64,000 bases of DNA from the human T2T-CHM13v2.0 reference genome, Homo sapiens, in assembly GCF_009914755.1 (NCBI RefSeq), contig NC_060943.1; one strand, given 5' to 3'. A program made the translations under genes and the position numbers. Shown here piece by piece: positions 25,544 through 44,711 of the stretch. Under the pieces are notes generated by a model. The model did no database searches, was not told the DNA's origin, and saw only the letters and a program-made list of their open reading frames with translations. How positions within the stretch are numbered: position 1 is the first letter of the stretch; each line of letters opens with the position of its first letter.

Positions 25544-25922
25544 TGAACCCTGCCTGATCCTGATCATGTGAGGTGAAGTCAGAGGCCAGGCAGATCCTGG
25601 GAATGTGTTCTTTATGCGTTCCCAGGCACTTGCTGCCCAAAGAAGGCCTAGTGGGACTAGTGAAGTCATGCCATCTTTCTGCCAGTTTGAGATCTTTCTC
25701 TTGTGCCCTAGCTGGCCAAAAAGGATAGGAATTTGAAGGAAATAATTTCTTTAAAATCTGCTTATGTTTGGAAAGAGTCAAACCTTACTATCTATATGAC
25801 ATATAATCCTGATATCAGTTTTGTTTACAGTTACTATGTTTTTTTCAGAACTGTTTATTATACTGCAAAGATCATGTGGAAGGCTAGTTATTTTGGTGAC
25901 CTTTTTTTATTTTGTTTTGTAG

Positions 25923-25987
25923 CCCTGACTATAATGTGGAATTTTTCCGACAGTTTATACTGGTTATGAATGCTTTAGATAACAGAG
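25923..25987 (+). CDS. UBA2: UBA2 exon 4 (PDYNVEFFRQFILVMNALDNR)
   Basis: ttttgtag / gtgagg; 65 nt; NALDN motif. Confidence 0.96.
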
Positions 25988-27442
25988 GTGAGGTTATTTT
26001 AATACTTTTAATTTCTCAGTATTTCCTCTCTCCCATATCAAATTTGTTTACAAATTTAATATTTATTAGACTATTGTGATTTAGAACTTAAAAGACTTAA
26101 GAGAAATGATCGAGTTTAAAGCATGCCCATTGATTGCAGTTTTATATAGAAATGACTTATTCCAGGCGGGAATTTAGCTATCATATTCTCTGCATTTCTA
26201 CCAAAAGGTATAAATAGAAGTGAAGTGAAAAGCTCTCAAAAAGTGTGACTGTGGCTCGGCACAGTGGCTCACGCCTGTAATCCCAGCACTTTGAGAGACC
26301 AAGGCAGGAGGATCACTTGAGGTCAGGAGTTCGAGACCAACCTAGTCAACATGGTGAAACCGTCTCTACCAAAAAACACAAAAATTAGCCGGTGTGGTGG
26401 CATGTGCCTGTAGTCCCAGCTTCTCCGGAGGCTGAGGTGGGAGAATCGCTTGAAGCCAGGAGGCAGAGGTTGCAGTGAGCCTAGATCACACCACTACACT
26501 CCAGCCTTGGTGACAGAGTGCGACCCTGTCTCAAAAAAAGAAAAAGTGTGACTGGAGGGTGGGGTGGGGGATGCTTGAGTGATATTCTTTGTCTGTAATT
26601 ACTTCCACATGTAAAAGTATATCTACTAAGTGAGTTTACAACAAGTTGGGCCAGAAATATCTAAATAAAAAACACAAGGAAAAGTCAAAATTACGTTTAT
26701 TTTTTAAGGCTTGGGGGGTCTCACTGTTGCCCAGACTAGAGTGCACTGGTGTGATCATAACTCACTGAAGCCTTCAAATGGGCTCAGGTGATACTCTTAC
26801 CTCAACCTCTGCAGTAGCTACTCTGCAGACAGGTACCACCATACCCGGCTAATTTTTTTATGTTTATTTTTGTAGGGATGAAGTCTTGCTTTGTTGCCCA
26901 GGCTGGCCTCGAACTCCTGGCTTCAAGCAGTCCTCCCACCTCAGCCTCCCAGAATGCTGAGATTATGGGCATGAGCCAGTGCTCCTGGCGTGAAATTACT
27001 CTCTTAACCTGACTCATCTTTTTTCCCTAGCCTTAAACTACTTTAATAGTTCCAAGTTGATATTCCACATTCTGCCTTCATTTCTATCATGTATTATCTG
27101 CTAGTTATATTAGAATAGTGGTGAGTTTAGGAACACCTTGAAACAGTGTTTTGTGTAAGGTACAGCAATAGAAGAGAAATATGGCACGTTGGATTTTTAA
27201 GATTATGTGTTTCTGTGGGTACTTCTCCTGGAGTAAATTTGTGATATAAATTCTATTTGATATTTTGCTAAGTGAATGTCTCTTAAATGTCTGTAATTAA
27301 CAGTTGTATTATTCTGGCCATAGCTATAAGAAAATTGTACAAAAAATGAAGCCAGTAAGATAGTTTTGAGTCTGTGTCATCCTAATTAAAGATAACTAAT
27401 TTTTTTTTTCCCAAAAACTCATACTGTTTGTTTTACTTCCAG

Positions 27443-27543
27443 CTGCCCGAAACCATGTTAATAGAATGTGCCTGGCAGCTGATGTTCCTCTTATTGAAAG
27501 TGGAACAGCTGGGTATCTTGGACAAGTAACTACTATCAAAAAG
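27443..27543 (+). CDS. UBA2: UBA2 exon 5 ([34 protein letters not shown])
   Basis: cttccag / gtaaag; 101 nt; PLIESGTAG motif. Confidence 0.96.
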
Positions 27544-27671
27544 GTAAAGAAAAGTTTTATTTTTTTAACTTCCCAAATATTTATTTGAGACCTTGGAGCA
27601 GGAGGAAATAAACTTTGTATTTATATAAAATGAACAGGTGAACATCCAAAATGTAAGGACTTTTATGCTTA

Positions 27672-27950
<279 letters not shown>

Positions 27951-28430
27951 CTACAGATCAAGCCTCTGTCTCAAAAAACAAACTTAAAATGCTATAAACG
28001 TGCTCAAAAGACTATGGGCAAGGAAATCTTTCAGCTCTGCCATTTTGTTTCATTTGACTTTTGTATTAAAATCCTTAGAGTGGTAAGCATGATATACCAG
28101 GCATCAAAAATTTCTTTGTGTCGGCTGCGTGCAGTGGCTCATGCCTGTAATCCCAGCACTTTGGGAGGCTGAGGTAGGCAGATGACTTGAGGTCAGGAGT
28201 TCGAGACCAGCCTCTCCAATGTAGTGAAACCACGTCTCTACAAAAAATACAAAAATTAGCTGGGTGTGGAGGCGTGTACCTGTAATCCCAGCTAGTTGGG
28301 AGACTGAAGCATGAGAATTGCTTGAACCTCGGAGGTGGAGGTTACAGTGAGCCAAGATGGCACCACACTCCAGCCTGGGCAACAGAGTGAGACTCCATCT
28401 CAAAAAAAAAAAGCCAGGCGTGATGGCTCA

Positions 28431-28724
<294 letters not shown>

Positions 28725-28825
28725 CTAAGAGTCTGGGCTTATAATGTGGAAGGGAACTTTGAAAACTTTTTAGGGGTGTATTTGTGAAGTACTTCAAACA
28801 TTTAAATACAACTAGAGAATAATAG

Positions 28826-29284
<459 letters not shown>

Positions 29285-29500
29285 TGAAACTATAGAAAGA
29301 GAATTATAATGTACTTAACATTTGCTGGTTGCGTCTAATTTTTTTTGGCAGCTTATTCATGTTAGAAATTGTGTCTTTGTTTCTTTTAACTGTTAAATGT
29401 TATTCTTGGAACCTTATTGAATACCATTCTACAAAAGACTGTTGTGTATGTCAGTGCGTATTAAGTTGTTGAATAAGTGGAGGCCTTCAGTATCTGTTGA

Positions 29501-30125
<625 letters not shown>

Positions 30126-31213
30126 CTAGATCACGCCATTGCACTCCAACCTGGGCAACGAGCGAAATTCCGTCTCAGACAAAAAGAAAAAAAGAAGAGA
30201 CTGAGGTTAGGAATATCTGAGATAATGAAAGATGATTCATTTGATAGTTTTGAAAAGTTGTCTCAGGTGTCATGTACTTCTTCCAAGGCATAAATTCCTT
30301 AAATTGTAATTTTAAACTTGAATGTGTATCAATAAAATGGGCTGGGCTCAGTGGCTCACGCCTGTAATCCCAGCACTTTTGGGAAGCCAAGGCGGGCGAA
30401 TCACATGAAGTCAGGAGTTCAAGACCAAGCTGGCCAACATGGAAAAACCCCGTCTCTACTAAAAATATGAAAATTAGCTGGGAGTGGTGGGAGATGCCTG
30501 TAATCCCAGCTCTTTGGGAGCCTGAGGCAGGAGAATTGCTTGAACCTGGGAGGCGGAGATTGCAGCCAAGATTATGCCACTGTACTCCAGCCAGGGTGAC
30601 AGAGCAAGACTCCGTCTCCCCACCGCCAAAAAGAAACGTATATCAATAAAATGAAGAGTATTTGGTTTAGTAACACCTAAGATTTTTCTGTGTAGGGAGA
30701 TATATCTTGAAATTAATCTTGTAGTTTACTTAATTTCAGGAGATTATAAGGATATGGCTGTATTCCCCAGACCCACTTAGTTTTGCTCAAAAAAAAAAAA
30801 AAAAACACATACAAGAAAATGGCTGCGAATAATATTTAGATAACATTTACAACTTTGAGAAATAATTTCTTGGAAAGCTGCTGTTTGTCTTTCCAGTAGT
30901 TTTTCTGTTTAGTGTGATCAAGGTAAACTCATATTTGACACTCAGGTGTAGTAATTTTTATTTGGGCTTGTAAGTCATGTTCACTGAACCAGGAGTCGGC
31001 GTCCTGGCACAGCCTTAGCTATGACTGGTAGATTCAGTTAGCTTTTGTGTTAGTTTATCATAAAGTAAGCATTTTGGAGTCACTAATATTTTAAAATTTC
31101 CTTGACAACGTAAAACGTAGTTGGAATATAGATGAATGAAGTGTTTATATTACCTTATAATGTTGAGAAACTGCCATCATGGAGTAAATTTTTCTCATAT
31201 CCTGACTTCATAG

Positions 31214-31335
31214 GGTGTGACCGAGTGTTATGAGTGTCATCCTAAGCCGACCCAGAGAACCTTTCCTGGCTGTACAATTCGTAACACACCTTCAGAACCT
31301 ATACATTGCATCGTTTGGGCAAAGTACTTGTTCAA
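31214..31335 (+). CDS. UBA2: UBA2 exon 6 ([41 protein letters not shown]): Zn CxxC and catalytic Cys173
   Basis: ttcatag / gtaaga; 122 nt; PxCTIRNTP E1 active-site motif, Cys codon 31271-31273 = residue 173 by exon count. Confidence 0.97.
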
Positions 31336-31398
31336 GTAAGAGTGTATATTTCTTGGCATGCTTTTCGGTACTGATGATGGAAAATGGAGTCATTTTTA

Positions 31399-34845
<3,447 letters not shown>

Positions 34846-34938
34846 TCACTCGAAGGGAAACCTAAATAAGCAATAAGCAAGTTATTTTTTAATCATAAGA
34901 CTTACTTGGAAAATTAAGTATAAGACCATAGTAAGCTA

Positions 34939-35382
<444 letters not shown>

Positions 35383-35981
35383 CTATTTTGCACTCACTAG
35401 TTGGCAAAGCGTTAATTTTAGGAAGTGTTAACATGCCATTGTTGGGAGTGACTATCAGAGCTTTGAAATTATAGTTGGGTGGGGGGTTGTACAAAGGATT
35501 TCTGTAAGATAACTTTCATTAATCATATACTTGAGGAAATACTGGAAACTTTTATATCCATGAGTTATTAAACAGTTTTTAGGATAACTTTATTAATAAA
35601 AGAGAATCTCAGCTTAATACTTTCAAATTGTTTGTTAACACTCTGTTCAGCAGTAAAGAGCCATTCTACCATGAAAAAAAGTTAATCTTGTTCATTGCTG
35701 AATTTCTATCCCCTAGATGGGGACTCTGCACCTGAGGTATATAATAATGTTTGTTGAACAGGTAGCTGCAGGTGTAAACACAAACATTATTCTGGTGTTA
35801 GAATGTTATCCAGGTTGTAAGTGAAAACCACTCACCTGTTTCTTGAGCAGAGGTTTTAACATTGAAATGTGCAGAGCCTCGCTGATAGGAATGGATGTAG
35901 GTCTGCTAAAATTTAACCTTGCTTACATTGCTGTTGAAATTGGGATGCAAGCTGTCCAAGCACATTGTGTTAAACTTTTAA

Positions 35982-36242
<261 letters not shown>

Positions 36243-36409
36243 TGATCTGCCTGCCTCAGCCTCCCAAAATGTTGGGATTAAAGGTGTGAGCCACTGCGCC
36301 CAGCCAGTTGTTCAGTCTTTATCTCTGCTAAATATTTGGAATATTCTAAATTACATGTTTGTTTAGAATGCTTTGTTATACAGAAGTATTTACTATTCTT
36401 AAATTATAG

Positions 36410-36477
36410 CCAGTTGTTTGGGGAAGAAGATGCTGATCAAGAAGTATCTCCTGACAGAGCTGACCCTGAAGCTGCCT
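36410..36477 (+). CDS. UBA2: UBA2 exon 7 (QLFGEEDADQEVSPDRADPEAA)
   Basis: attatag / gtgagt; 68 nt; frame consistent. Confidence 0.95.
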
Positions 36478-36582
36478 GTGAGTAAATTATTTGGCATATG
36501 TTTTATCAGATACTATTATCTTTATTTTGTTGATTTAATTTTGGTAGCTTAAGGGAAAGAAATTGCTATATGTGCTAGGTAA

Positions 36583-36747
<165 letters not shown>

Positions 36748-37565
36748 TGAGTAGCTGGGATTACAGGCACCTGCCACCGCGCCCAGCTAATTTTTGTATA
36801 TTTAGTAGAGACAGGGTTTCACCATGTTAGCCAGGCTGGTCTCGAACTCTTGACCTGAGGTGATCCACCCGCCTTGGCCTCCCAAAGTGCTGGGACAGGC
36901 GTAAGCAACCGTGCCTATCCAAAACAATGTTTTACAAAAAAAATATGATTCCGTTTTACTGATGAGGAAATCAAGGTTAAGAGAAATTTCACAAGTCTAG
37001 TAAATAGAGCTGCGAGTTGTTCCTAGATCTCATGACTGGTCTGTGCTTTGAACTGTTATATGTGTAGCTTTCAGAAACTAAGTTACAACAGGCCAGGCAA
37101 GGTGGCTCACGCCCGTAGTCCCAGCATTTTGGGAGGCTGAAGCAGCTGGATTGCATGAGGTCAGGAGTTTGAGACCAGCCTGGCCAACATGGCAAAACCC
37201 TGTCTCTACAAAAAATATAAAAATTAGCCAGGCATGGTGGTGCATACCTGTAGTCCCAACTACTTGTGAGGTTGAGACGGGAAGATGGCTTGAGCCCAAG
37301 AGGTAGAAGCTACAGTGAGCCGAGATCTTAACACTGCACTCCAGCCTGGGCAACAGAGTGAGACTTTGTCTCCAAAAACAAGAAAGAAAGAAACTGGGAT
37401 ACAAAAAGATGCTGATGAATGTGTTATTTTCTTATTCCTTGAACTCAGAATGTGTTGCATTTGGGGATTTCCATGAGTGACTTTCTTTTTATTCCCAAAG
37501 GTGAGTGAAAAGAGTTCAGTTCTACATTTATTACGGTTGAAAATAAAATAATGATCGTTTTATAG

Positions 37566-37687
37566 GGGAACCAACGGAAGCCGAAGCCAGAGCTAGAGCA
37601 TCTAATGAAGATGGTGACATTAAACGTATTTCTACTAAGGAATGGGCTAAATCAACTGGATATGATCCAGTTAAACTTTTTACCAAG
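37566..37687 (+). CDS. UBA2: UBA2 exon 8 (WEPTEAEARARASNEDGDIKRISTKEWAKSTGYDPVKLFTK)
   Basis: ttttatag / gttaga; 122 nt; frame consistent. Confidence 0.95.
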
Positions 37688-39536
37688 GTTAGATTTACTT
37701 TTTTTATAATCATGGATAGATGTATTGTTGTGCATAGATGTATTGTTCTAGTTCTGCTTGTTTTAAAATAGTCCATAAAATTGAATTAAGCTTCTATGTA
37801 TATGCCTTGTGATGTCCTAATAAAATGATTGATGCAGTCAGGATATGCAAGTTTTAAAATGTTACCATCTACACTAAATCTATCAGTATAACATCTAAAT
37901 AGGAGGTAAAATGAGAGGTGGCTTGTATACCTTCTTGGTTGTCTTTCCTTCTCTCACTTTTTACAGAACTTCTTCGTTTTCCTGCTGCTTCTCATCTTCA
38001 CTTTTTTTTTTTTTTTTTTTTGAGATGGAGTCTCACTCTTGTCGCCCAGGCTGGAGTGCAGTGGCACGATCTCGGCTCACTGCAGCCCCGCCTCCTGGGT
38101 TCAAGTGATTCTCCTGCCTCAGCCTTCCGAGTAGCTGGGATTACAGGTGTGTACCATCAGGCCTGGCTAATTTTGTATTTTTAGTAGAAGCGGGGTCTCA
38201 CCATGTTGGCCAGGTAGGTCATGAACTCCTGACTGCAAGTGATCTGCCCACCTTGGCTTCCCAAAGTGATGGGATTATAGGCGTGAGCCACTGCTCCTGG
38301 CTTCATGTTCACTTTTATTTCTTGCTCATATCTGCTATTAGCAGTTTGACTGACATGTGTCCTAAATTGCCCTTGAACCCCATAAGCCCCTTTTTCTTGG
38401 TGAAATCCCTCTTCATCAGTAGTATATACTATTTGCCTGTTAAATATTTCTAGAGAAATCTGTGAAATTGTTTTTATTGGGTCTACCTAATTATTGTTCA
38501 TCTAGACCCGTAGGTCCGTGTTTTAAAAGTTTTTTTGTTCTGTCTTGACTCCCTAGCAAGTTGTACGTGTGTGGGGTTTTTTTGACTCTTTTTTTCCTTT
38601 TTGTGGAGAATGGGGTCTCACCATGTTGCCCAGGCAGATCTCAAACTCCTGGTTTCAAGTCTCAAACTCCTGGGTTCAAGCGATCCTCCAGCCTCTGCCT
38701 CCCTAAGTGCTGGGATTACAGGCATGAACCACTGAGCCTAGCCCCTAGCAAGTTTATCACAGAGCTTAAAACTTTCTCAGCTCTTATCAAACTGCCTCAG
38801 TATTCTTGCAACTCTCACTAAGCAGATGACCTTAAGGATATAATAACAGGTTTGAAACCATTGGACATAATTTACCTGTTGAGAGACTGTTCCACATAAC
38901 CGAAAACTCTTTTTCTTTCTGCTGGAGAGAATCCACTTTCGGTAAAGGCTAACTTTTGCATGTGGTGTTTTGCTTTCCTTTTGTACCATTCTTCAGACAG
39001 GATTTTCGTCTCTGTCCTGTGTCTCGGATCTTTTTTTTCTTGGTTTCTTTTGTCTGCTTTCCAACACGCACAGGTTCTGCTGTCTTAATCAAATGACATA
39101 CTGCTCTCCCCAGCTTGTATTTCGTCTTATTTCCTCAGTGGTAACAGATGTCACATGTTGACTTTTTTTTTTCTTTTTTTTTTTTTTTTTTTGAGAGAGA
39201 ATCCTGCTCTGTCGCCCAGGCTAGAGTGCAGTGGCATGATCTCAGCTTGCTGCAACCTCTGCCTCCTGGTTCAGGCTATTCTCCTGCCTCAGCCTCCTGA
39301 GTAGCTGGGATTACAGGTCCGCCACTATGCCTGGCTAATTTTTGTATTTTTAGTAGATAGGGGGTTTCACCATATTGGCCAGGCTGGTCTCGAACTCCTA
39401 CCTCAGGTGATCTGCCTGCCTCGGCCTCCCAAAGTGCTGGGATTACAGGCATGAGCCGTCGTGCCCAGCCCACAGGTTGACTTTCTTATCCCTATTGCAT
39501 TTATTTCCTCACTACAGCCCTTTTCTAAAACATGGT

Positions 39537-39977
39537 TGTATTAGGGTTCTCTAGAGGGACAGAGCTAATAGGATAGATATATACAAAGGGGAGTTGATAG
39601 AGTATTAATTCACACGATCACAAGGCCCAACAATAGGCCCATCTGCAAGCTGAGGAGCAAGGAGAGCCAGTCTGAGTCTCAAAACTGAAGAATTTGGAGT
39701 CTGATGTTTGAGGGCAGGAAGCATCCAACATGGGAGAAAGATGTAGGCTGGGAGGCTAGGCCAGTCTAGTCTTTTCATGTTTTTCTGGCTGCTGTATATT
39801 CTGGCCTCAATGGCAGCTGATTAGATGGTGCCCACCCAGATTAAGAGAGGGTTTGCTTTTCCCAGTCCACTGACTCAAATATTAATGTCTTTTGGCAACA
39901 CCCTCACACACACACCCAAGACCAGTACTTTGCATCTTTCAATCCAATCAAGTTGACACTCAGTATTAAGCATCATA
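39537..39977 (-). mobile_element. Full-length MLT2A-type (MLT2A1-like, HERV-L) solo LTR with 5-bp TSD
   Basis: tgtattagggttctctagagggacag...caatccaatcaagttgacactcagtattaagcatcata; identical flanks ATGGT at 39532-39536 and 39978-39982. Confidence 0.88.
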
Positions 39978-40124
39978 ATGGTTTTTATTTTGATTATACT
40001 TAAGATGCAGTAAACTTCGATATGGTCAACAGCAGTATCTTCCAAACCAGTATCCTTATTTCCATTCCAATCTGAGCAAGACTTGAAAGCCAGAAAAATC
40101 TGAAGTGCATCTCCAATCTGTTAT

Positions 40125-41440
40125 TTAGCAGATAATTTTAAACATCTGCTGTGTGCCAGACACCTCTTTAAGTACAGGGGATTTAGTTGTGAACAAGACA
40201 GAAGACAGAGTCCTTGCTCTTTAGAGGGAGTTCACAGTCTAGATGAGAAGTCAAACTTTGAACAATAAATTTCAGCTTCAGAGTCTTAATGACATTAAGT
40301 TCAGATGCTTTGCAGCCCTTGAATAATAAGTTTCATCTAAAGGACTCATCTCCTGGCCTGCATACCCATTTCAGATGTTGTTAGGGAGAGGCTTCAGAAG
40401 AGGCTTTCTAGAGCAGGTGACATTTAAGCCCAAGGCTTGAAAGAATAAGAGTCAGAATAGGGTACAGTATGTACAAGGAAACTCTGAATAGGGTACAGTA
40501 TGTACAAGGAAACTCTCAGTTGGAAAACTGACATAAATCCCATTAAGGGGGAGAGTGGAAAAAGATGACTGGAGAGAGAAGTTGAGGTCAGATCAGGCAG
40601 ACTTTCTAGGCCTTCTTAAGGATGTTATAGCAAGACAGTGGGAATCCATTGAAAGGTGGTCTTACAGGATCACTATAAGGGGATAGAGGGGATGCACATA
40701 CTACCCTAGGATCTGATATTCATATTATAACCAATCTGGGACAGTGCCCCTGGAGTTGTGCAGTGCCAGAATAATCTGGAGTACAGCCATCTGTACTCCC
40801 ACTGGAACATGGAGGAGTAGACTAAACAGGACTTTGCATGTATATGGTGAAGATCAGTGGAATAAAAAATGGTACCTGGCTGGGCACTGTGGCTTACACT
40901 TGTAATCCTAGCACTTTGGAAGGCTGAGGCGGGAGGATCACTTGAGGCCAGGAGCACAAGACCAGCCTGGGCAATATAGCAAGACCCCATCTCTAAAAAC
41001 GAAAAAAAAATAGCCAGCCATGGTGGCCTGAGCCTGCGGTCCCCAGCTACTCAGGAGGCTGGGACAGGAATATCACTTGAGCCCAAGAGGTTGAGACTTC
41101 AGTGAGCTATGGTCACACCACTGCACTTCAGCCTGGGCAGGTCAAAGAACAGAGGTGCTGTTCTCCGATATAAGTGAGCTGGGAGGCAGATGTGTGTAGA
41201 GGGGTTGGGGGAGGGTAGGAGAAGGTGATAATAATCAATTTTGAACTCATTTGAGATTCTTTTGGAACATTAGAGAAGTGGTTTTGTAGATAAGTAGAGA
41301 GGTTTCAACTAGGGATATGGTTGGGATTCCTAGGTTTATAGATGTGGTTAACTACTGGAAATGGACATGATACACCACAGAGGACAGAATGAAAAGATGG
41401 TTCAGTACAGAAATCTGAGGGGCTCCTGATATTTAGTAAT
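40125..41440 (-). mobile_element. L2 relic interrupted by a sense Alu (40878-41138)
   Basis: ctgctgtgtgccagacac...gtgaacaagacag...gttcacagtctag typical of reverse L2. Confidence 0.6.
40455..40516 (+). repeat. Perfect 31-bp tandem duplication
   Basis: gaatagggtacagtatgtacaaggaaactct x2. Confidence 0.95.
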
Positions 41441-41616
41441 AGTTGAATAGAAGAGATGGAGCTTAGGCTTAGAAAACTGTTGGTTCAAGCCTTCAAGATC
41501 CTCTACAAAATGTTTCCAGCCACATTTGTTACCCAAGTCATAGTGGATTCATCTCCTTGCCTTTGTACCCATTTCACATGTTGCTGTCATAAGGAGACTC
41601 TTTCCTTATTTCTTAG

Positions 41617-41868
<252 letters not shown>

Positions 41869-42827
41869 TGATCCACCTACCTTGGTCTCCCAAAGTGCTG
41901 GGATTACAGGTGTGAGCCACCACGCCTGGCCAGAAATCCTTACTCAAGGCTTTGTGATATTCACACTAAATTGTATTCTGATTATTTGTATGTTTGGCTT
42001 ATTCTCTAAAGATTAAGGATGCTCAGTTAGTATTGATGGATTAAGTATATTTTGATAGAAATGGCTGTGATTTTTAAATATAGCCAAATTTCTGTTCTTA
42101 CCTGGTACCAGCAATAAATGTGTTGAATAAATTAATCAACAATAGAAAATGCAGATAAGGAAAAAGAAAAAAATATTAAAATCACTTGAAGTTCTAACAC
42201 ATCTTTTCATATGATAGTTTCTCAATCTACTTGTAATGTTTTTGTTTTTGTAATAATTGTGTGGGGGTTTTTACATTTTATTTTTGTTCATGTTTCTGTG
42301 GGTTATTTTTGGAGGGGAGGGCACATTTTAAAGATATCGCAGTTCAGAAGTTCTGTTGTGAAGCACTTTAGTTTAAAAATCTGTATACTTTGTGTGCATG
42401 TCCCCATGAGCTTGGAGGCATTGCTGACTGGCATCCCTAGGCTCAGTGATTGTCTGTAGTTGTACATTTATTTACAACTACATAATGTACATTTATTTGT
42501 ATGATTGTGCTTCAGACTGATCTTTGGAGCTAAATTTAGGGAAGCTTTTGGAGAGGTGACTTAGGAAGGCAGGGGCAGTCGGCAGTTCAGGGCTCCTTTA
42601 CTCTGCATTCCTCAGAGCACTTCTGCATTTCGCTGTTTTCAATGTAGAGATTCTGTTAGAACTTCCTTTTACAAATGTTTTTCCTTTTGAAAATTGTTAT
42701 GCTGCTGGTATATGACATGTATCTTTAAATCAGATTTCATAGTGTAATATAGATCAGCAATGACGTTTTCTTGTATCTTATCAATTAGGGATTATGGGGT
42801 TCATGGGATCTGTCTTTCTTTTGTAAG

Positions 42828-42927
42828 CTTTTTAAAGATGACATCAGGTATCTGTTGACAATGGACAAACTATGGCGGAAAAGGAAACCTCCAGTTCCGT
42901 TGGACTGGGCTGAAGTACAAAGTCAAG
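42828..42927 (+). CDS. UBA2: UBA2 exon 9 (LFKDDIRYLLTMDKLWRKRKPPVPLDWAEVQSQ)
   Basis: cttttgtaag / gtaaag; 100 nt; frame consistent. Confidence 0.95.
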
Positions 42928-43268
42928 GTAAAGAATACATTTTAGTCTTGGAACACCTAAGCTGGAAATATCCTCGCGTAAAGTCTTTGTATAGCCCTGT
43001 TGTTGCTTGAAAATGATATGTCTTCATATATTCAAACAGTGCAAAAAAATATGAAGAACAAAAGTCACTGAAGTCCCACACTTCAGAAATAGCCACTAAT
43101 AACATTTTCAGGAGTGTTCTGGTGGTCCGCCCTATGTACACAGATGCAGGCATTCGTTATACACTGCGTAAATGGAATCATACTATTGATAAACTCTCAC
43201 TTGCTTTTGTCAGTCAGTATAGTTAACTAGTCTCTTATTAACATGTAGTGTTTTTGTATTTTCCCTGA

Positions 43269-43514
<246 letters not shown>

Positions 43515-44049
43515 TAATCTAGAAACACATTTTTAATGTAAAATTTTTTTAATGTTTAGAAATGAAAAGTTTTTTGAGGCATAGTCTTGCTATGTTGCCC
43601 AGATTAGAGTGCAGTGGCTGTTCACAGGCTGTCATAGCACAAGGCATCCCTGGACTCCTGGGCTCAAGCCATCCTCCTCCCTCAGTCTCCTGAGTAGCTG
43701 GGACTGTATGCAACTGTGCCCAGCATATTTTAAAATTTTAAATGTAGGAAAACTATTGTAGTGGCTGCTTTCTCATCCCACTCCCCTTTAACACTCCTTG
43801 TCTCTCCTTTATCTGAACTGTATTAGGATTAATTTATGCACAGCAGTATAGCACCCATTGAAACTTAAAAGATCCCGGGAGACTTGGGATATCATTTTGG
43901 AGCAGTTCTCAACAATCAGGGATAGTTATCAAACAGATTTAATTATGACTCTAGTAGTGTCCGCTTACTGAGTTCTCATTCTCACTAGGTGCTGGGCCTA
44001 ATGCTTATTTATCATCTTATCTACATTATATCTTCAAATCTCCCAGTAA

Positions 44050-44315
<266 letters not shown>

Positions 44316-44544
44316 TAGCCAGGATGGTCTCGATCTCCTGACCTCATGATCCGTCTGCCTCGGCCTCCCAAAGTGCTGGGATTACAGGCGTGAGCCACCG
44401 TGCCTGGCCCCATGATAATTATTTTAATGGAATTTATTTCATATTTGATTTCTTAATGGTCGGGGATTGAACTTGTTAAACAGAGCACAGTAGAGGAATG
44501 ATGTTAATTAGTGAAATTTCTAATATATATTTTTTTTTCTTTAG

Positions 44545-44711
44545 GAGAAGAAACGAATGCATCAGATCAACAGAATGAACCCCAGTTAGGCCTGAAAGAC
44601 CAGCAGGTTCTAGATGTAAAGAGCTATGCACGTCTTTTTTCAAAGAGCATCGAGACTTTGAGAGTTCATTTAGCAGAAAAGGGGGATGGAGCTGAGCTCA
44701 TATGGGATAAG
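44545..44711 (+). CDS. UBA2: UBA2 exon 10 (GEETNASDQQNEPQLGLKDQQVLDVKSYARLFSKSIETLRVHLAEKGDGAELIWDK)
   Basis: ttctttag / gttcgt; 167 nt. Confidence 0.95.
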
